This document shows positions 63,545 to 64,000 of a stretch of DNA of 64,000 nucleotides, piece after piece. Made by a program: the position numbers and the translations under genes. This stretch comes from Mobula hypostoma (taxonomy: Eukaryota), in the NCBI RefSeq assembly GCF_963921235.1, contig NC_086108.1, positions 91,266,001 to 91,330,000 of the forward strand, written 5' to 3'. Below the pieces are notes generated by a model that did no database searches, was not told where the DNA came from, and saw nothing but the letters and a program-made list of their open reading frames with translations. Position 1 is the stretch's first letter; each line of letters opens with the position of its first letter.

Positions 63545-64000
63545 ACAGGGAAAAATTGAATATTGAATAAAGTTTTAACCTATTCAACTCTGGAGCCTCG
63601 ATCCTCGGCATCAATCCCTGGATATACCAATCACTGAACACTTGGCCTCGAATTCCAATTTCACTGATTTGTGAACCCAGGGGATCATCAAACTTTTCCT
63701 CCAGAGATGGGAAAATGTGGCCAAAATGAAGAATAAGAAAGTGACAAGAAAGGAAATATGGAAATATTTTACTCCAGAAATCATCTCTGTGAATAAAAAT
63801 AATTGCCAATAGGAATATAGAAAATATACAGCACAGTATGTAGAATATAGAATAGGAAGCTACTTAACCTGCAAGTCTGTTCAATAAGGCAACTGCAGTT
63901 CTGTGAGGCAACTCCATGTGCCTGCCATTTTTTATATCTCAAATTAACTTCATTTTCCAAAATCGTTTCAACAATTAACCTAGCATATATTGCCATTTGT
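63545..64000 (-). mobile_element. Possible degenerate L1 ORF2 fragment, running off the window
   Basis: AT-rich. Weak L1-like YKKWQAHGV segment. Confidence 0.35.

Overview
Vertebrate-type genomic DNA made mostly of retroelements, many of them nested. The repeat families (HE1/V-type SINEs, CR1, Rex1/Babar, hammerhead-bearing Penelope elements, a Deu-domain SINE) point to a cartilaginous fish, probably a ray; this is inference. I found no recognisable host protein-coding exon, tRNA, rRNA or CRISPR array, so the window is probably intronic or intergenic. Main contents: (1) a Gypsy LTR element with both LTRs, PBS, PPT and a 5-bp TSD but no RT/RNase H (367-4038); (2) a 5'-truncated HERO-clade RLE retrotransposon (6046-8412); (3) a near full-length Rex1/Babar LINE (15196-20760) with an internal fold-back hairpin, split by a young CR1; (4) three long young CR1 copies; (5) several Penelope remnants with GIY-YIG and minimal hammerhead motifs, including a TSD-flanked palindromic double-hammerhead mini-element inside another Penelope element (59589-59810); (6) RTE-derived non-autonomous elements with structured 5' leaders, one a candidate HDV-like ribozyme; (7) a solo LTR, L1 fragments, a ~300-bp tandem duplication and TE-free islands that may be conserved non-coding elements. 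Family names come from motif recognition without database searches, and boundaries of old fragments are approximate. I cannot show a wholly new system. The best leads are the ribozyme-bearing mini-elements.
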